Shown here in pieces: positions 18,084 to 27,602 of a stretch of DNA of 64,000 nt (position 1 is its first letter; each line of letters opens with the position of its first letter). Under the pieces are notes generated by a model. That model worked only from the letters and a program-made list of their open reading frames with translations, did not search any database and was not told the DNA's origin. The stretch lies in assembly GCA_934095845.1 (NCBI GenBank), contig CAKOKS010000004.1:3626-67625 (forward strand), in the 5' to 3' direction. The position numbers were made by a program, and so were the translations under genes. This DNA is from an uncultured Bacilli bacterium (lineage in GTDB: Bacteria > Bacillota_I > Bacilli_A > RF39 > UBA660).

Positions 18084-18716
18084 ATGTTAAAAAGAATTAT
18101 TTTTGATGTAGATGGCACCTTAATTGATGTTATGAATTTTAGACTTCTAGTTGAAAGAATGTTAAAAGAAAAAGGTATTTCATATACAGAAGAAGATCTT
18201 GATGCTTATATGTTAGCTATACAAACTTATGAAGATGAATACATTAATTATGATTTTAATAATTACCTTGAACATATTAAAAGCAATTGTGGTTTAGATA
18301 TAGATGCAGAATATATGAAAGCTTTTCTAAATAGGGCTAGTGAGTATGTTCCAGAAGTAGGATCGTCAATTGGTCTTAGAAATACACTTGAATATTTAAA
18401 GGAAAAATATGAATTAGTTGTATTAACGAATTATTTTAGAAAAGTTCAAGAAAATAGATTAAGAAATTTTGGGATTCTTAGTTATTTTGATGAAATCTAT
18501 GGAGGAGATTCAATTATTAAACCAGCAACTGAAGCATTTAGAATAGCACAAGGAAATAATAAAAGAAGTGAATGTCTAATGATTGGAGATTCTTTACAAT
18601 TAGATTACTTAGGTGCAATAAATTTTGGAATGGATGCAATATTAATTGATAAAACAATAGATAAATCTACACCAAATAAAATTAAAAGTGTAAAAGAATT
18701 AAAACATATATTATAG
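18084..18716 (+). CDS. HAD-superfamily hydrolase
   Basis: ATG at 18084 follows GGAGG. Motif I is FDVDGTL and a later motif is ..MIGDSLQLD... The upstream part of the ORF in the track overlaps the T-box leader. Confidence 0.75.
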   Translation: MLKRIIFDVDGTLIDVMNFRLLVERMLKEKGISYTEEDLDAYMLAIQTYEDEYINYDFNNYLEHIKSNCGLDIDAEYMKAFLNRASEYVPEVGSSIGLRNTLEYLKEKYELVVLTNYFRKVQENRLRNFGILSYFDEIYGGDSIIKPATEAFRIAQGNNKRSECLMIGDSLQLDYLGAINFGMDAILIDKTIDKSTPNKIKSVKELKHIL

Positions 18717-18727
18717 GAGGAAAATTT

Positions 18728-19954
18728 ATGAAATGTTTTGAAGATTTAAAATGGAGAGGATTAATAAAAGATATATCAAGTCCTGAACTTGAAGAAAAAT
18801 TAAATAATGAGAGTTTAACTTTTTATATTGGAACAGATCCAACTGCTGATTCTATGCATATTGGACACTTTTCATCATTTTTAATTGCTACACGTTTAGC
18901 AAAATATGGACATAAACCAATATTGCTTGTAGGTGGAGCAACTGGTCTTATAGGAGATCCTAAACCTAGTCAAGAAAGAAAAATGATTACTAGAGAAGAA
19001 GTTAATAAGAACGTTGAAGGATTAACTAAACAAGCTCATGATATATTTGGATTTGATGTAGTTAATAACTATGACTGGATTAAAGATATTAGTGTAATTG
19101 ATTTCTTAAGAGATTATGGTAAATATATAAATGTTAATTATATGTTAGATAAAGATATAATTAAAAGAAGACTTGAAAGTGGTATAACTTTCTGTGAATT
19201 TGCATATACACTTTTACAAGGTTTAGACTTTGTTACATTAAATAAAAATTATGGAGTAACTTTACAAGTTGCAGGTTCTGATCAATGGGGAAATATCACA
19301 ACAGGTATTGAACTTTCTCGTAAAATGGAAGGACCAGAATTATATGGAATGACAATGCCTTTAGTATTAGATGCTAATGGTGTTAAATTTGGTAAAACTG
19401 AAGGTAATGCTTTATGGCTTGATAAAACTAAAACTTCATCTTATGAATTATTTCAATACTTAATTAATTCAGATGATGCATGTGTAATTGATTATTTAAA
19501 GAAACTTACTTTCTTAAGTAAAGAAGAAATTGAAAGTATTGAAGAAGAACAAAAAGCTCATCCTGAAGAAAGAAAAGCTCAAAATGCTCTTGCTCGTGAA
19601 GTAATAACTTTCTTACATGGAGAAGATGAATATAATAAAGCTTTAAAAATAAGTCGTGATTTATTTAGTGGTAATATTAAAGACTTAACTATTGATGAGA
19701 TACGTGATGGATTTAAAGATGTTCCAAGTTTCTCAATAACTGAAGATTTAACTTTAATAGACTTACTTGTAAATAATAGTATTGCATCAAGTAAAAGAGA
19801 AGCAAGAGAATTTATAAATGCTGGAAGTATAACTATAAATGGAGAAAAAGTGACTGATGAAAGTGTTATAATTGATAAAACTTATGCAATAGAAAATGAA
19901 GTAGTAGTTATTAGAAGAGGAAAGAAAAAATATTATTTAGGAATAATTAAATAA
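18728..19954 (+). CDS. tyrS: Tyrosyl-tRNA synthetase
   Basis: HIGH-type motif (..SMHIGHF..), KMSKS-type motif (KFGKT) and a C-terminal S4-like domain. Confidence 0.9.
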   Translation: MKCFEDLKWRGLIKDISSPELEEKLNNESLTFYIGTDPTADSMHIGHFSSFLIATRLAKYGHKPILLVGGATGLIGDPKPSQERKMITREEVNKNVEGLTKQAHDIFGFDVVNNYDWIKDISVIDFLRDYGKYINVNYMLDKDIIKRRLESGITFCEFAYTLLQGLDFVTLNKNYGVTLQVAGSDQWGNITTGIELSRKMEGPELYGMTMPLVLDANGVKFGKTEGNALWLDKTKTSSYELFQYLINSDDACVIDYLKKLTFLSKEEIESIEEEQKAHPEERKAQNALAREVITFLHGEDEYNKALKISRDLFSGNIKDLTIDEIRDGFKDVPSFSITEDLTLIDLLVNNSIASSKREAREFINAGSITINGEKVTDESVIIDKTYAIENEVVVIRRGKKKYYLGIIK

Positions 19955-19975
19955 TATATATTTGTGGGGAAATTT

Positions 19976-20434
19976 ATGGATATAAAGATTGCTTTGGTTG
20001 ATTTATCAACAATGATAAGTGATAATCGTGATGAAGTACTATATATAATTAAAGATTATTTGTCTTTACGTTTTTCTTTATCAAAAAGAAAAAATGATGA
20101 TAATCTAGCTAATATTCTTGATTGTTTAGATGAAAGATATAAAGAAATATTAGAAGAACTTGATAATGAATATTCTATTCTTTGGAATGTTGCTAATTAT
20201 TTAACAAATTATATTGGATATTCAGAAGAAACTGGAGAATATTTATATAACTATGTTCAAGAATTAATTGAAACAGCAGAATCAAGGGTAATGTATGAAA
20301 CATTTTTATATAAATGGTATTTAGATATTGCAAATAGTCCACTTAAAAATACAAAAGAATTTGATTTTCCAAAATATGAAGAACAAATAAGTAGAAGTGA
20401 TGTTATAAAATTTATGCTTCTACAAAGAATATAA
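19976..20434 (+). CDS. Hypothetical protein
   Basis: ORF in operon-like position after tyrS. No recognisable motif. Confidence 0.5.
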   Translation: MDIKIALVDLSTMISDNRDEVLYIIKDYLSLRFSLSKRKNDDNLANILDCLDERYKEILEELDNEYSILWNVANYLTNYIGYSEETGEYLYNYVQELIETAESRVMYETFLYKWYLDIANSPLKNTKEFDFPKYEEQISRSDVIKFMLLQRI

Positions 20435-20462
20435 AAATAAAACCATTTCGAGTTGAAATGGT

Positions 20463-20786
20463 TTATTTTAATTCATTAATGTATTTCTTTAGTGCTCTAG
20501 CATCCTGCCCAAATATTATTTTTAATTGATTATCAATTTCAACAATACCTTTAGCACCAAGTTTTTGAATTCCTTCTTTATCTACTTTAGATATGTCCTT
20601 TAATGTTACTTTAAATCTTGACATATTTACTTTAGTATCTAGAATATTATCTTTTCCTCCTAGATATTGTACTAGTTTATTAATCTCTAAGTTAAAGTTT
20701 TTATGATTAAGTTTAACTATAACTAAAGATATAATAATTAAAACAACTGCAATTATACCATATTGTATTAAATGCGTTAAATTCAT
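20463..20786 (-). CDS. Membrane-anchored PTS EIIB(Glc)-like domain protein lacking the phospho-Cys
   Basis: An N-terminal TM is followed by ..YLGGKDNILDTKVNMSRFKVTLKD..KLGAKGIVE.., the EIIB_Glc pattern. Asn/Met occupies the place of the C-x-TRLR cysteine. Confidence 0.55.
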   Translation of the reverse strand: MNLTHLIQYGIIAVVLIIISLVIVKLNHKNFNLEINKLVQYLGGKDNILDTKVNMSRFKVTLKDISKVDKEGIQKLGAKGIVEIDNQLKIIFGQDARALKKYINELK

Positions 20787-20884
20787 AAATTAATCACCAA
20801 AACAATCATACTATAAAAAAATGAAAAAAGCAATTATTGACTAAGAGTTTAAATAAATATATAATTTTATTAGGAAGTGATAAT

Positions 20885-21700
20885 GTGAAAAGAATAATAT
20901 ATAGAATACTTGCTTATATAATAGATATTTTATTAGTAACTTTACTTACTTTTGGAATAACTTATTTACCTTGTTTTAAAAATACAAACCAAAAAGTAGG
21001 AGCATATTATGTAAGTTTATCTACAAATGAAGTAATGTATAATAATTTAACAAATATATTAGATGATTATTATGAAGATGCTAAAATAAGCGAATCAGAA
21101 ATGGCTGAAATAAATGATAAATATGTAAATTATGCTAAATGTTTTAAAGATGTTAAAGTAGAAGAAGAAGTAACTAATAAAATGAAAAGTGATATTGAAA
21201 CTAATATTAAAAAGACTTATGTAGATACAAAAAATAATGTTAGCTATGAAATTAATAAATGTAATATAATTCAAAGTATAATTGGTATAGTTCTTTATAT
21301 TTTATATTTTGGTGTATTTCAATATTTTATGAAAGGTCAAACTTTAGGTAAGAAATTATTTAGATTAAAAGTTAAAAAATGTGATGATTCTAAAATCTCT
21401 TTATTAAGTTATATCATCCGTACTGTACTTGTATGTGAAATACTTATAACTGGCCTTGATTTGATTTTCTTACTTACAATGAATAAAAGTATGTATATAA
21501 CAAGCAATTATTGGATTTTACAAGTTAAATATATTTATGAAATACTTTTTATTGTAGTAATGATTATAAGAGATGATAATAGAAGTGTTCATGATTTACT
21601 TCTTAATACATGTGTAGTAAGAATGGATAAAGAAGGAAATGAAATAAAAGAACAATTATTTGAAGAAAAAAATGAAAAAAATATTAATAAAACTAATTAG
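20885..21700 (+). CDS. RDD-family membrane protein
   Basis: GTG at 20885 follows AGGAAG. Multi-TM protein with the ..[12 protein letters not shown].. signature. Confidence 0.65.
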   Translation: MKRIIYRILAYIIDILLVTLLTFGITYLPCFKNTNQKVGAYYVSLSTNEVMYNNLTNILDDYYEDAKISESEMAEINDKYVNYAKCFKDVKVEEEVTNKMKSDIETNIKKTYVDTKNNVSYEINKCNIIQSIIGIVLYILYFGVFQYFMKGQTLGKKLFRLKVKKCDDSKISLLSYIIRTVLVCEILITGLDLIFLLTMNKSMYITSNYWILQVKYIYEILFIVVMIIRDDNRSVHDLLLNTCVVRMDKEGNEIKEQLFEEKNEKNINKTN

Positions 21701-21878
21701 GTTATATCAAAGTACACCATTAAAATCTCATTCAAGATGTAAATATATTCCAAGTTGTTCAAATTATGCAATAGAAGCTATAAATAAATATGGATCTTTT
21801 AAAGGAAGTTTAAAGGCTATATGGAGAATTATTAGATGTAATCCTTTTTCTAAAGGTGGAATAGATATAGTAAAATAA
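21672..21878 (+). CDS. yidD: Membrane protein insertion efficiency factor YidD
   Basis: ..[33 protein letters not shown].. is the YidD signature. Confidence 0.85.
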   Translation: MKKILIKLIRLYQSTPLKSHSRCKYIPSCSNYAIEAINKYGSFKGSLKAIWRIIRCNPFSKGGIDIVK

Positions 21879-21900
21879 CGTGTTAAAAACACGTTTTTTG
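21879..21900 (+). terminator. Rho-independent terminator (also the start of a segmental duplication)
   Basis: cgtgtt-aaaa-acacg followed by a T-run. This sequence and the next ~35 bp recur at 57551-57608. Confidence 0.7.
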
Positions 21901-21949
21901 TTTGTATTAAATTATTAGGTTCTAATTTTGTTGATAAATGTCGAGTCTA

Positions 21950-21977
21950 TTGACATAAGTATTTTAGCCTTTATAAT
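21950..21977 (+). promoter_or_regulatory. Near-consensus SigA promoter driving a structured leader / small ORF
   Basis: TTGACA-16 nt-TATAAT. Confidence 0.55.
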
Positions 21978-22076
21978 AACCACTTGAGAAGCAAGAGAAG
22001 ATGCTTATCACATTCCAAAGAGAGGCTAAAATTCAGGAGGGTTTTGGTTAAGTAGTACAAAAAGGAGTGTGATACG

Positions 22077-22154
22077 ATGAAGAAAGATAATCATATAAGA
22101 TTACTTTATTTAATCGTTTTTATATTGTTAGTAATAATATTAAAATTATTATAG
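22077..22154 (+). CDS. 25-codon hydrophobic small ORF (type I toxin-like or leader peptide)
   Basis: AGGAG lies 9 nt before the ATG. The peptide is MKKDNHIRLLYLIVFILLVIILKLL. It sits inside a leader with long-range complementarities and faces a convergent sRNA-like unit. Confidence 0.4.
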   Translation: MKKDNHIRLLYLIVFILLVIILKLL

Positions 22155-22159
22155 CAATT

Positions 22160-22247
22160 AAAAAAGCATCTTTATTCTACTGAATAAGGATGCAACCAAC
22201 ATCTGTGGTAAGCATCAAGCCTCTTAAAGAAACTCTTGCTTCTCACT
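22160..22247 (-). ncRNA. Candidate ~88-nt antisense/sRNA (copy 1)
   Basis: The minus strand carries TTTACA-17 nt-(TGt)TATATT at 22282-22254. A hairpin at 22193-22166 is followed by U6 (22165-22160). The promoter and 5' half are conserved in the duplicated copy at 57627-57709. Confidence 0.4.
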
Positions 22248-22360
22248 AAATTAAATATAACATAATAAAAATAAAATGTAAATATTTACACATAATATGA
22301 TTATTAAATAAAAGAAAAAACTTAAATAGTGTATAATGATAATAGAATGGTGTGTGTATA

Positions 22361-23545
22361 ATGAAAAGGAGAAATCTGTTAATAATTGCAATTTTAATAA
22401 TGTGTATAGGATTTGCAGCAATAAGTACAACATTAGTAATAAATGGAAATACAAAAATTGGAGAAAATAAAGATGATTTTTCAGTAATATTTACTGCAGC
22501 TTCATTAGATGGAACGGATGTATACGCAAATGTAATTGATGATACAAAGAAAATAATTACATTTGAAATAAATGATTTAAAAACATTAAATCAAACAAGT
22601 GTGTTAACTTATGAAATAACAAATAATTCAGTAAACTATGATGCCGAAGTACAAGTAAATTGTAAGGTTAAAGATAATGGTTTAGCAAAATATACAAGCA
22701 TAAAAAATGAACTAGAAGCAAATACCAAAGTAGTAAAAGCAAAAGAAACATTAAATGGAACATTAATAGTAACACTTAACAAAACGGCAACCGAAGAAGT
22801 AAGAGAAGAGTATGTATGTGAATTAACATTTAATGCAGTAGAAAGAAATGAATTAGGACGAGAAATTCCTAATCCAGTATCATTTACAACTGATAGTTGG
22901 GAAACTATTCAAAAAGCTGTTCAAACTGGAAATTCTGGTGTATATAATGTAGGAGACACAAAAGAAGTGGACCTAGGTTCTTTTGGAACACATACCATAA
23001 GAATAGCAAATAAAAGTGAATGTACAACAGAAGCAAGTGAAACAGCATGTGGATTTGTAATAGAATTTGCTGACTGTATAAGTGAAACAATTATGAATTC
23101 TACAAATACTAATGTTGGTAGTTGGAAAGTATCTACAATGAGAACATATTTAAATAATACTATTTATTCATCCTTACCATCTGATTTACAAAACGTAATT
23201 GTTTCAACAAAAGTAATTACAGGACATGGAAGTGCAGAAACAACTAATTCTGAAACACAAGATAAATTATATTTATTATCTGCTAAAGAAGTTTGGGGAA
23301 CTGCTCAAGATGATACAGTAAATATAGAAACAAGACAACTTGATTATTATAAGAATCAAGGAGTAACGGCAACTAGCTATGCAGCAGCAATAAAAAAATA
23401 TAATGGATCAGCTATATTCTGGTTTTTGCGTTCTCCTTATTCTGGAAATGATTCAGCATTTATCCGTGTTGGTTCCTTAGGCAACTGGAGTGGTAGTGGA
23501 GCAGGTGGAAGTAACTATGTATCACCTGCATTTAGAATTGCATAA
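22361..23545 (+). CDS. Secreted protein: shared N-terminal leader/beta module plus DUF6273-like C-terminal domain
   Basis: MKRRNLLIIAILIMCIGFAAISTTLVINGNTKIGEN.. is the family N-terminus. The C-terminal part has ..DKLYLLSAKEV.., ..FWFLRSPYS.. and the terminal ..SPAFRIA. It is a paralogue of 57823..59031. Confidence 0.7.
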   Translation: MKRRNLLIIAILIMCIGFAAISTTLVINGNTKIGENKDDFSVIFTAASLDGTDVYANVIDDTKKIITFEINDLKTLNQTSVLTYEITNNSVNYDAEVQVNCKVKDNGLAKYTSIKNELEANTKVVKAKETLNGTLIVTLNKTATEEVREEYVCELTFNAVERNELGREIPNPVSFTTDSWETIQKAVQTGNSGVYNVGDTKEVDLGSFGTHTIRIANKSECTTEASETACGFVIEFADCISETIMNSTNTNVGSWKVSTMRTYLNNTIYSSLPSDLQNVIVSTKVITGHGSAETTNSETQDKLYLLSAKEVWGTAQDDTVNIETRQLDYYKNQGVTATSYAAAIKKYNGSAIFWFLRSPYSGNDSAFIRVGSLGNWSGSGAGGSNYVSPAFRIA

Positions 23546-23571
23546 AAAAACCACTTGTTAAGTGGCTAATT

Positions 23572-24672
23572 TTATCTTATAGGTTTATTTTGAAGTTCAA
23601 AATCAATAACCTTATCATTTGTTAACATTGTATAAATATATGCACATTTTAATTCATAATCTTTTATTATAGAATTTACAGAAGTAATCTTTGTTACTAT
23701 TGGAAGATTTACTTCTTTTTTTATACTATTTAAATATTCTTGACCAAGTTTATTTAAACCTAGAATACGTATATACTCATTTTTTGTTAAGGCGTTTTTA
23801 TCTTCTTTAGTGAGACCAATAAGAATATGTATAAGCATTCTTTTAATTCTATTATAAGTATATCTTTTAGATTTAGTTTTTTCTATTAATTCATCAATTG
23901 TTGTAACTTCATTTATTACTTTTTTAAGTCTATTATCTATACCTTCATCAACAGTTAAATACTTGCTTAAATCATGTTCAGTTATTATTTTATATTTAAG
24001 TAAATTAAATAATTTTTCTTCATCAATTGAATTTATTTTACCTTCAGGAATATATTTTTTTATATCAATATTTTCTTTTAATTTATTTCTTATATTAGAT
24101 GCCGATATAATAGCTTCATTACTAGATAAATCATGAAAGTCGTTTGTCCTTTTTATAGAAATAGGTTCTATATTATATTTATTTTTTAATATAGCTTTAA
24201 TATATGATAAAGCTAGGATATCATTAGGTGTGTCAATATTTGTATTAGTTACTTTATTTAAAGCTGTTGGGTAATTTATGCCTTTTTTTAGATAATCTTT
24301 TATTTTATAATCATTTTCTAATTGTTCTTGTGCTATTTTCCTTAAAGTATTTATATCATTAGATTCAGAACCAAAAACTATTTTTTCTACATGTAGTTCA
24401 TTTAAAAGTTCAATCGCGCTTGATGCAAATATATCTGCAGATGATGATGAAAAGAAGAAAGGATGTTCAATAACTAAATCAACTCCATACTTTAAGGCTA
24501 GTCTTGTTTTTTCTTCTTTAGATTCAATAGAAATATCACCACGTTCTAAAAAATATCCATTTAAAACTAAAATAATTATATAATTTGGATAAAGTTCTTT
24601 TATTTTATTTATATGATAAACATGGCCATTATGAAAAGGATTATATTCACATATTATTCCAATAGATTTCAT
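23572..24672 (-). CDS. tmcAL: tRNA(Met) cytidine acetate ligase (YlbM/UPF0348 nucleotidyltransferase)
   Basis: MKSIGIICEYNPFHNGHVYHI.. is the N-terminal HxGH nucleotidyltransferase signature of this family. Length ~366 aa. Confidence 0.75.
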   Translation of the reverse strand: MKSIGIICEYNPFHNGHVYHINKIKELYPNYIIILVLNGYFLERGDISIESKEEKTRLALKYGVDLVIEHPFFFSSSSADIFASSAIELLNELHVEKIVFGSESNDINTLRKIAQEQLENDYKIKDYLKKGINYPTALNKVTNTNIDTPNDILALSYIKAILKNKYNIEPISIKRTNDFHDLSSNEAIISASNIRNKLKENIDIKKYIPEGKINSIDEEKLFNLLKYKIITEHDLSKYLTVDEGIDNRLKKVINEVTTIDELIEKTKSKRYTYNRIKRMLIHILIGLTKEDKNALTKNEYIRILGLNKLGQEYLNSIKKEVNLPIVTKITSVNSIIKDYELKCAYIYTMLTNDKVIDFELQNKPIR

Positions 24673-24747
24673 GATTCACCTCTTTTTTTCTTTATTATAT
24701 TAACATAAGTTAAAAAAATATGCTATAATCTAAAGTAGGTGAGGCGT

Positions 24748-25176
24748 GTGAAAAAGAGAATTTATTTTATTCATTCTAGAAAGATAGATTATAATGACTT
24801 AATATATTTACCTGTTCTTAGAAGTGAAGCATTACATACTCATGAATTAATGTTACCTGAAAGTGAAAATTTAAAAAACGTTTATTATAAAGACTTAATA
24901 AATGATGCTGATTTAATTGTTGTTGAACTAAGTAATCCTGATATTGGATTTAACATGGAACTAAAACAAGCAATTCTTTCTAGAAAACCAATTTTAGCTC
25001 TTGCTAATAAAAAAATTGGCTTTGATATGAAATATCAAAAACTTCTTAAAAATGTTTATGGTTATGAAACAGAAAAAGAATTTAGAGAATATGTTGAAAA
25101 GTTTGTTTTAAAACATGAAAAAGATCCAAGAGCAGATGTTGGTACAATAGTTTTAGGCAATATAAAAGAGAACTAA
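24748..25176 (+). CDS. Nucleoside 2-deoxyribosyltransferase-like fold protein (tentative)
   Basis: GTG at 24748 follows GGTGAGG, with a TGcTATAAT promoter at 24721-24729. ..DADLIVVELSNPDIGFNMELKQAILSRKPILAL.. resembles the family core. Confidence 0.4.
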   Translation: MKKRIYFIHSRKIDYNDLIYLPVLRSEALHTHELMLPESENLKNVYYKDLINDADLIVVELSNPDIGFNMELKQAILSRKPILALANKKIGFDMKYQKLLKNVYGYETEKEFREYVEKFVLKHEKDPRADVGTIVLGNIKEN

Positions 25177-25478
25177 AGCTCTCTTATATCAAGAATAGAT
25201 GTTATATCTATTTTTTTATTGTCAATTGTTATTAAGTATTTTTGACTTCTTCCAATAATAGTTGTTTTAAATTCATCTTCTTTAGTTTTTATTAATACAT
25301 CTAATTTATAAACGTAGTTAGAAGAATTAAATAAGTCATTTATTTTCTTTTCAATCAAATATGGACTTTCAATTACTTGACTAGTTGAGTTTTCATGATT
25401 TTTTTCACTATAGAAGACATTTTGACTAATATTATTGGTTTTTATATTACTATTTTGAAATACTTTTGGTAAATTCAT
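25173..25478 (-). CDS. Hypothetical protein
   Basis: 101-aa ORF convergent with the previous gene. No confident family call. Confidence 0.45.
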   Translation of the reverse strand: MNLPKVFQNSNIKTNNISQNVFYSEKNHENSTSQVIESPYLIEKKINDLFNSSNYVYKLDVLIKTKEDEFKTTIIGRSQKYLITIDNKKIDITSILDIREL

Positions 25479-25534
25479 ATAACCACCTACAATATAATAT
25501 GTTTAATATTTTAATTTATGAGTAAAATAGTACT

Positions 25535-26569
25535 ATGAAAAATAATGGTTTAATAATAATATTAATAATAATTTTATCTATATTTAGTATGATTAATTTA
25601 TACAATTATGATTCTTTTCTAATGAAACAAATTATCTGGTATATAATTGGTTTTGTAATATATTTTATATTTAAAAAAATGAATAAAAAATATATATTTA
25701 GATTTTCTATATTGCTTTATATTATTCTTAATGCATTACTTTTATATTTACTTTTATTTGGTAAAGCTATAAATGGAACAAAAGCTTGGATAAATATATT
25801 TGGTAGTTCTTTTCAACCTAGTGAATTTATGAAAGTTATTCTTATTATAGTTTTAGGATATATTTCAACTAAAAAACATTACTTAATTAAATCAATTATT
25901 TTAACTCTAATACCATCAGTTTTAACTTATTTAGAACCAGAAACTGGTAATGTTATTTTTTATATAATGATTTTATTCTCAATTATATATTATAAAAATA
26001 CTAGTAATAAATTTTTTAAAAAACTTTTAGCTTTTATTATATTTATAGGAAGTATTATTTTTTCTTTAACATATTACTTTAGTGATTTATTTATATCTTT
26101 AGTTGGAAATAATATATTTTATAGAATAGATAGAATTGTAAGTTTATTTACAAATTCTAGCTATCAATTAAATCAAGCACTTATGTCAATTGGATCTGCT
26201 TATTATTTTGGTGGGTCATATGGGGCATTTATACCAGAGGCAATAACTGACTTTGCATTTGCTCTTTTAATTAGCAAAATAGGTTTTGTAGGAATAATTG
26301 TTTTTTTAATCGTTAATTATATGTTAGACTTAACTTTGATAAAAAAACATTCAAGCAATTTTGGAATAATGAAAACAATTACTTTTTCATTTGTAATACT
26401 TAAAATAGTACAAGAAAGTATACATATGCTTATGAATATTGGTTTATTTCCAATTACAGGAATTACTTTACCATTTATATCTTATGGTGGATCTAGTATT
26501 CTTTCTTATTTTTTTATTCTTGGTGTTATTAGTAATAGTAGTAAGGATTATAGTTTGGATATGGAATAG
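25535..26569 (+). CDS. SEDS-family peptidoglycan glycosyltransferase (FtsW/RodA/SpoVE)
   Basis: ~10 TMs and the ..PITGITLPFISYGGSS.. signature. Confidence 0.8.
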   Translation: MKNNGLIIILIIILSIFSMINLYNYDSFLMKQIIWYIIGFVIYFIFKKMNKKYIFRFSILLYIILNALLLYLLLFGKAINGTKAWINIFGSSFQPSEFMKVILIIVLGYISTKKHYLIKSIILTLIPSVLTYLEPETGNVIFYIMILFSIIYYKNTSNKFFKKLLAFIIFIGSIIFSLTYYFSDLFISLVGNNIFYRIDRIVSLFTNSSYQLNQALMSIGSAYYFGGSYGAFIPEAITDFAFALLISKIGFVGIIVFLIVNYMLDLTLIKKHSSNFGIMKTITFSFVILKIVQESIHMLMNIGLFPITGITLPFISYGGSSILSYFFILGVISNSSKDYSLDME

Positions 26570-26717
26570 GGTTATAGTAAACTGGTCTAGGTCTTGATAA
26601 ACCAACGATAGCAGCACCACCTAATCCACCTAATAAGAATGGAACAGCAAATCCAAATCTATCTTGATAATACATATTATTATAATTCATATAATTAAAA
26701 GAATTATAGTTTGGCAT
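26529..26717 (-). CDS. Small Tyr/Asn/Pro-rich protein with a Gly-rich hydrophobic core
   Basis: The AAAGGAG SD lies 8 nt before the ATG. The peptide is MPNYNSFNYMNYNNMYYQDRFGFAVPFLLGGLGGAAIVGLSRPRPVYYNPIPYPNYNPYYYY. It overlaps the SEDS gene 3' end by 41 nt. Confidence 0.5.
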   Translation of the reverse strand: MPNYNSFNYMNYNNMYYQDRFGFAVPFLLGGLGGAAIVGLSRPRPVYYNPIPYPNYNPYYYY

Positions 26718-26757
26718 ATAAAAAACTCCTTTCTATAAGTAGTTTATGAAAGGAGTT

Positions 26758-27594
26758 TTATTTTGTTCTTAATCGATATAAAGTTATACTTGGTCTTGCA
26801 AAAAGACGAAGTTTTAAAGAAGATGTACCAATACCACCTGAAACATATAATTCAGAATTCCCAACTATATAATGTTCATCTTTATATTTTTTTGAACCAT
26901 CTGGTGTCCATAATGCACCAATAAATGGAGCTCTTACTTGACCTAAATGAGAGTGCCCAGCAAAAGCAAGATTATAATTATCTTCAGTGATTTTGTCTAT
27001 TAAATCCGGTTCATGAGTAAGAACTATTGTAAATAAATCATCAGGATTTTCGTTTTTATAACTAAAACCATTTTTTATATCAACTTTTCCTTCTAGTAAA
27101 TCATCAAATCCAACAAATACTAAAGGGGTTGTTGAATTATTATATACAAATTCATAAGTATTAAATAAAACTTTCCATGGTAAATTTTCAGTTATTTTAT
27201 CAAAGTATTCATGATCATAATCATGATTTCCTTTAACAGCAAGAGTTTCAATTTTAGGATTTATTTTCTTTAATTCTTCAGTTACTTTTTCTACTTCTTC
27301 ATCACTTAAAACAACTTTGTTTTCAACTAAATCTCCAGTAAAGATAACTATATCTGGATTTTGATCATTTATTCTTTTTACAATATTTTTAAGTTCTTTT
27401 AAATGAATTGTGCTTCCATAATGTAAATCAGTAAATTGAACTATTTTTAAACCATCATATTCATTTGGAAGTTTATCTGTTATAATTGATTTTTCAATTA
27501 CTTTTAAACCAGTAGTTCCAATAAATCTAGCATAAAGAATAGTAAGAACTCCAGTTACAATAAGTAAGATTAAAATAATTTGATATCTTTTCAT
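26758..27594 (-). CDS. Membrane-anchored calcineurin-like metallophosphoesterase (YkuE-like)
   Basis: Motifs DLHYG, GDLV, GNHD and GHSH, after an N-terminal TM. Confidence 0.75.
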   Translation of the reverse strand: MKRYQIILILLIVTGVLTILYARFIGTTGLKVIEKSIITDKLPNEYDGLKIVQFTDLHYGSTIHLKELKNIVKRINDQNPDIVIFTGDLVENKVVLSDEEVEKVTEELKKINPKIETLAVKGNHDYDHEYFDKITENLPWKVLFNTYEFVYNNSTTPLVFVGFDDLLEGKVDIKNGFSYKNENPDDLFTIVLTHEPDLIDKITEDNYNLAFAGHSHLGQVRAPFIGALWTPDGSKKYKDEHYIVGNSELYVSGGIGTSSLKLRLFARPSITLYRLRTK

Positions 27595-27602
27595 TACATC
27601 AC

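Noticed and set aside
22361-22440. The family N-terminus (..AIGFAAISTTL..) as a canonical type IV prepilin/Flp (class III) signal, on the grounds that it contains G-F.
   Set aside because: The Gly-Phe lies in the middle or end of the hydrophobic stretch, not between a charged leader and the hydrophobic helix. There is no Glu at +5 and no G/xxxxEY motif. It reads better as a Sec-type signal peptide or anchor (possible cleavage after ..IGFA).
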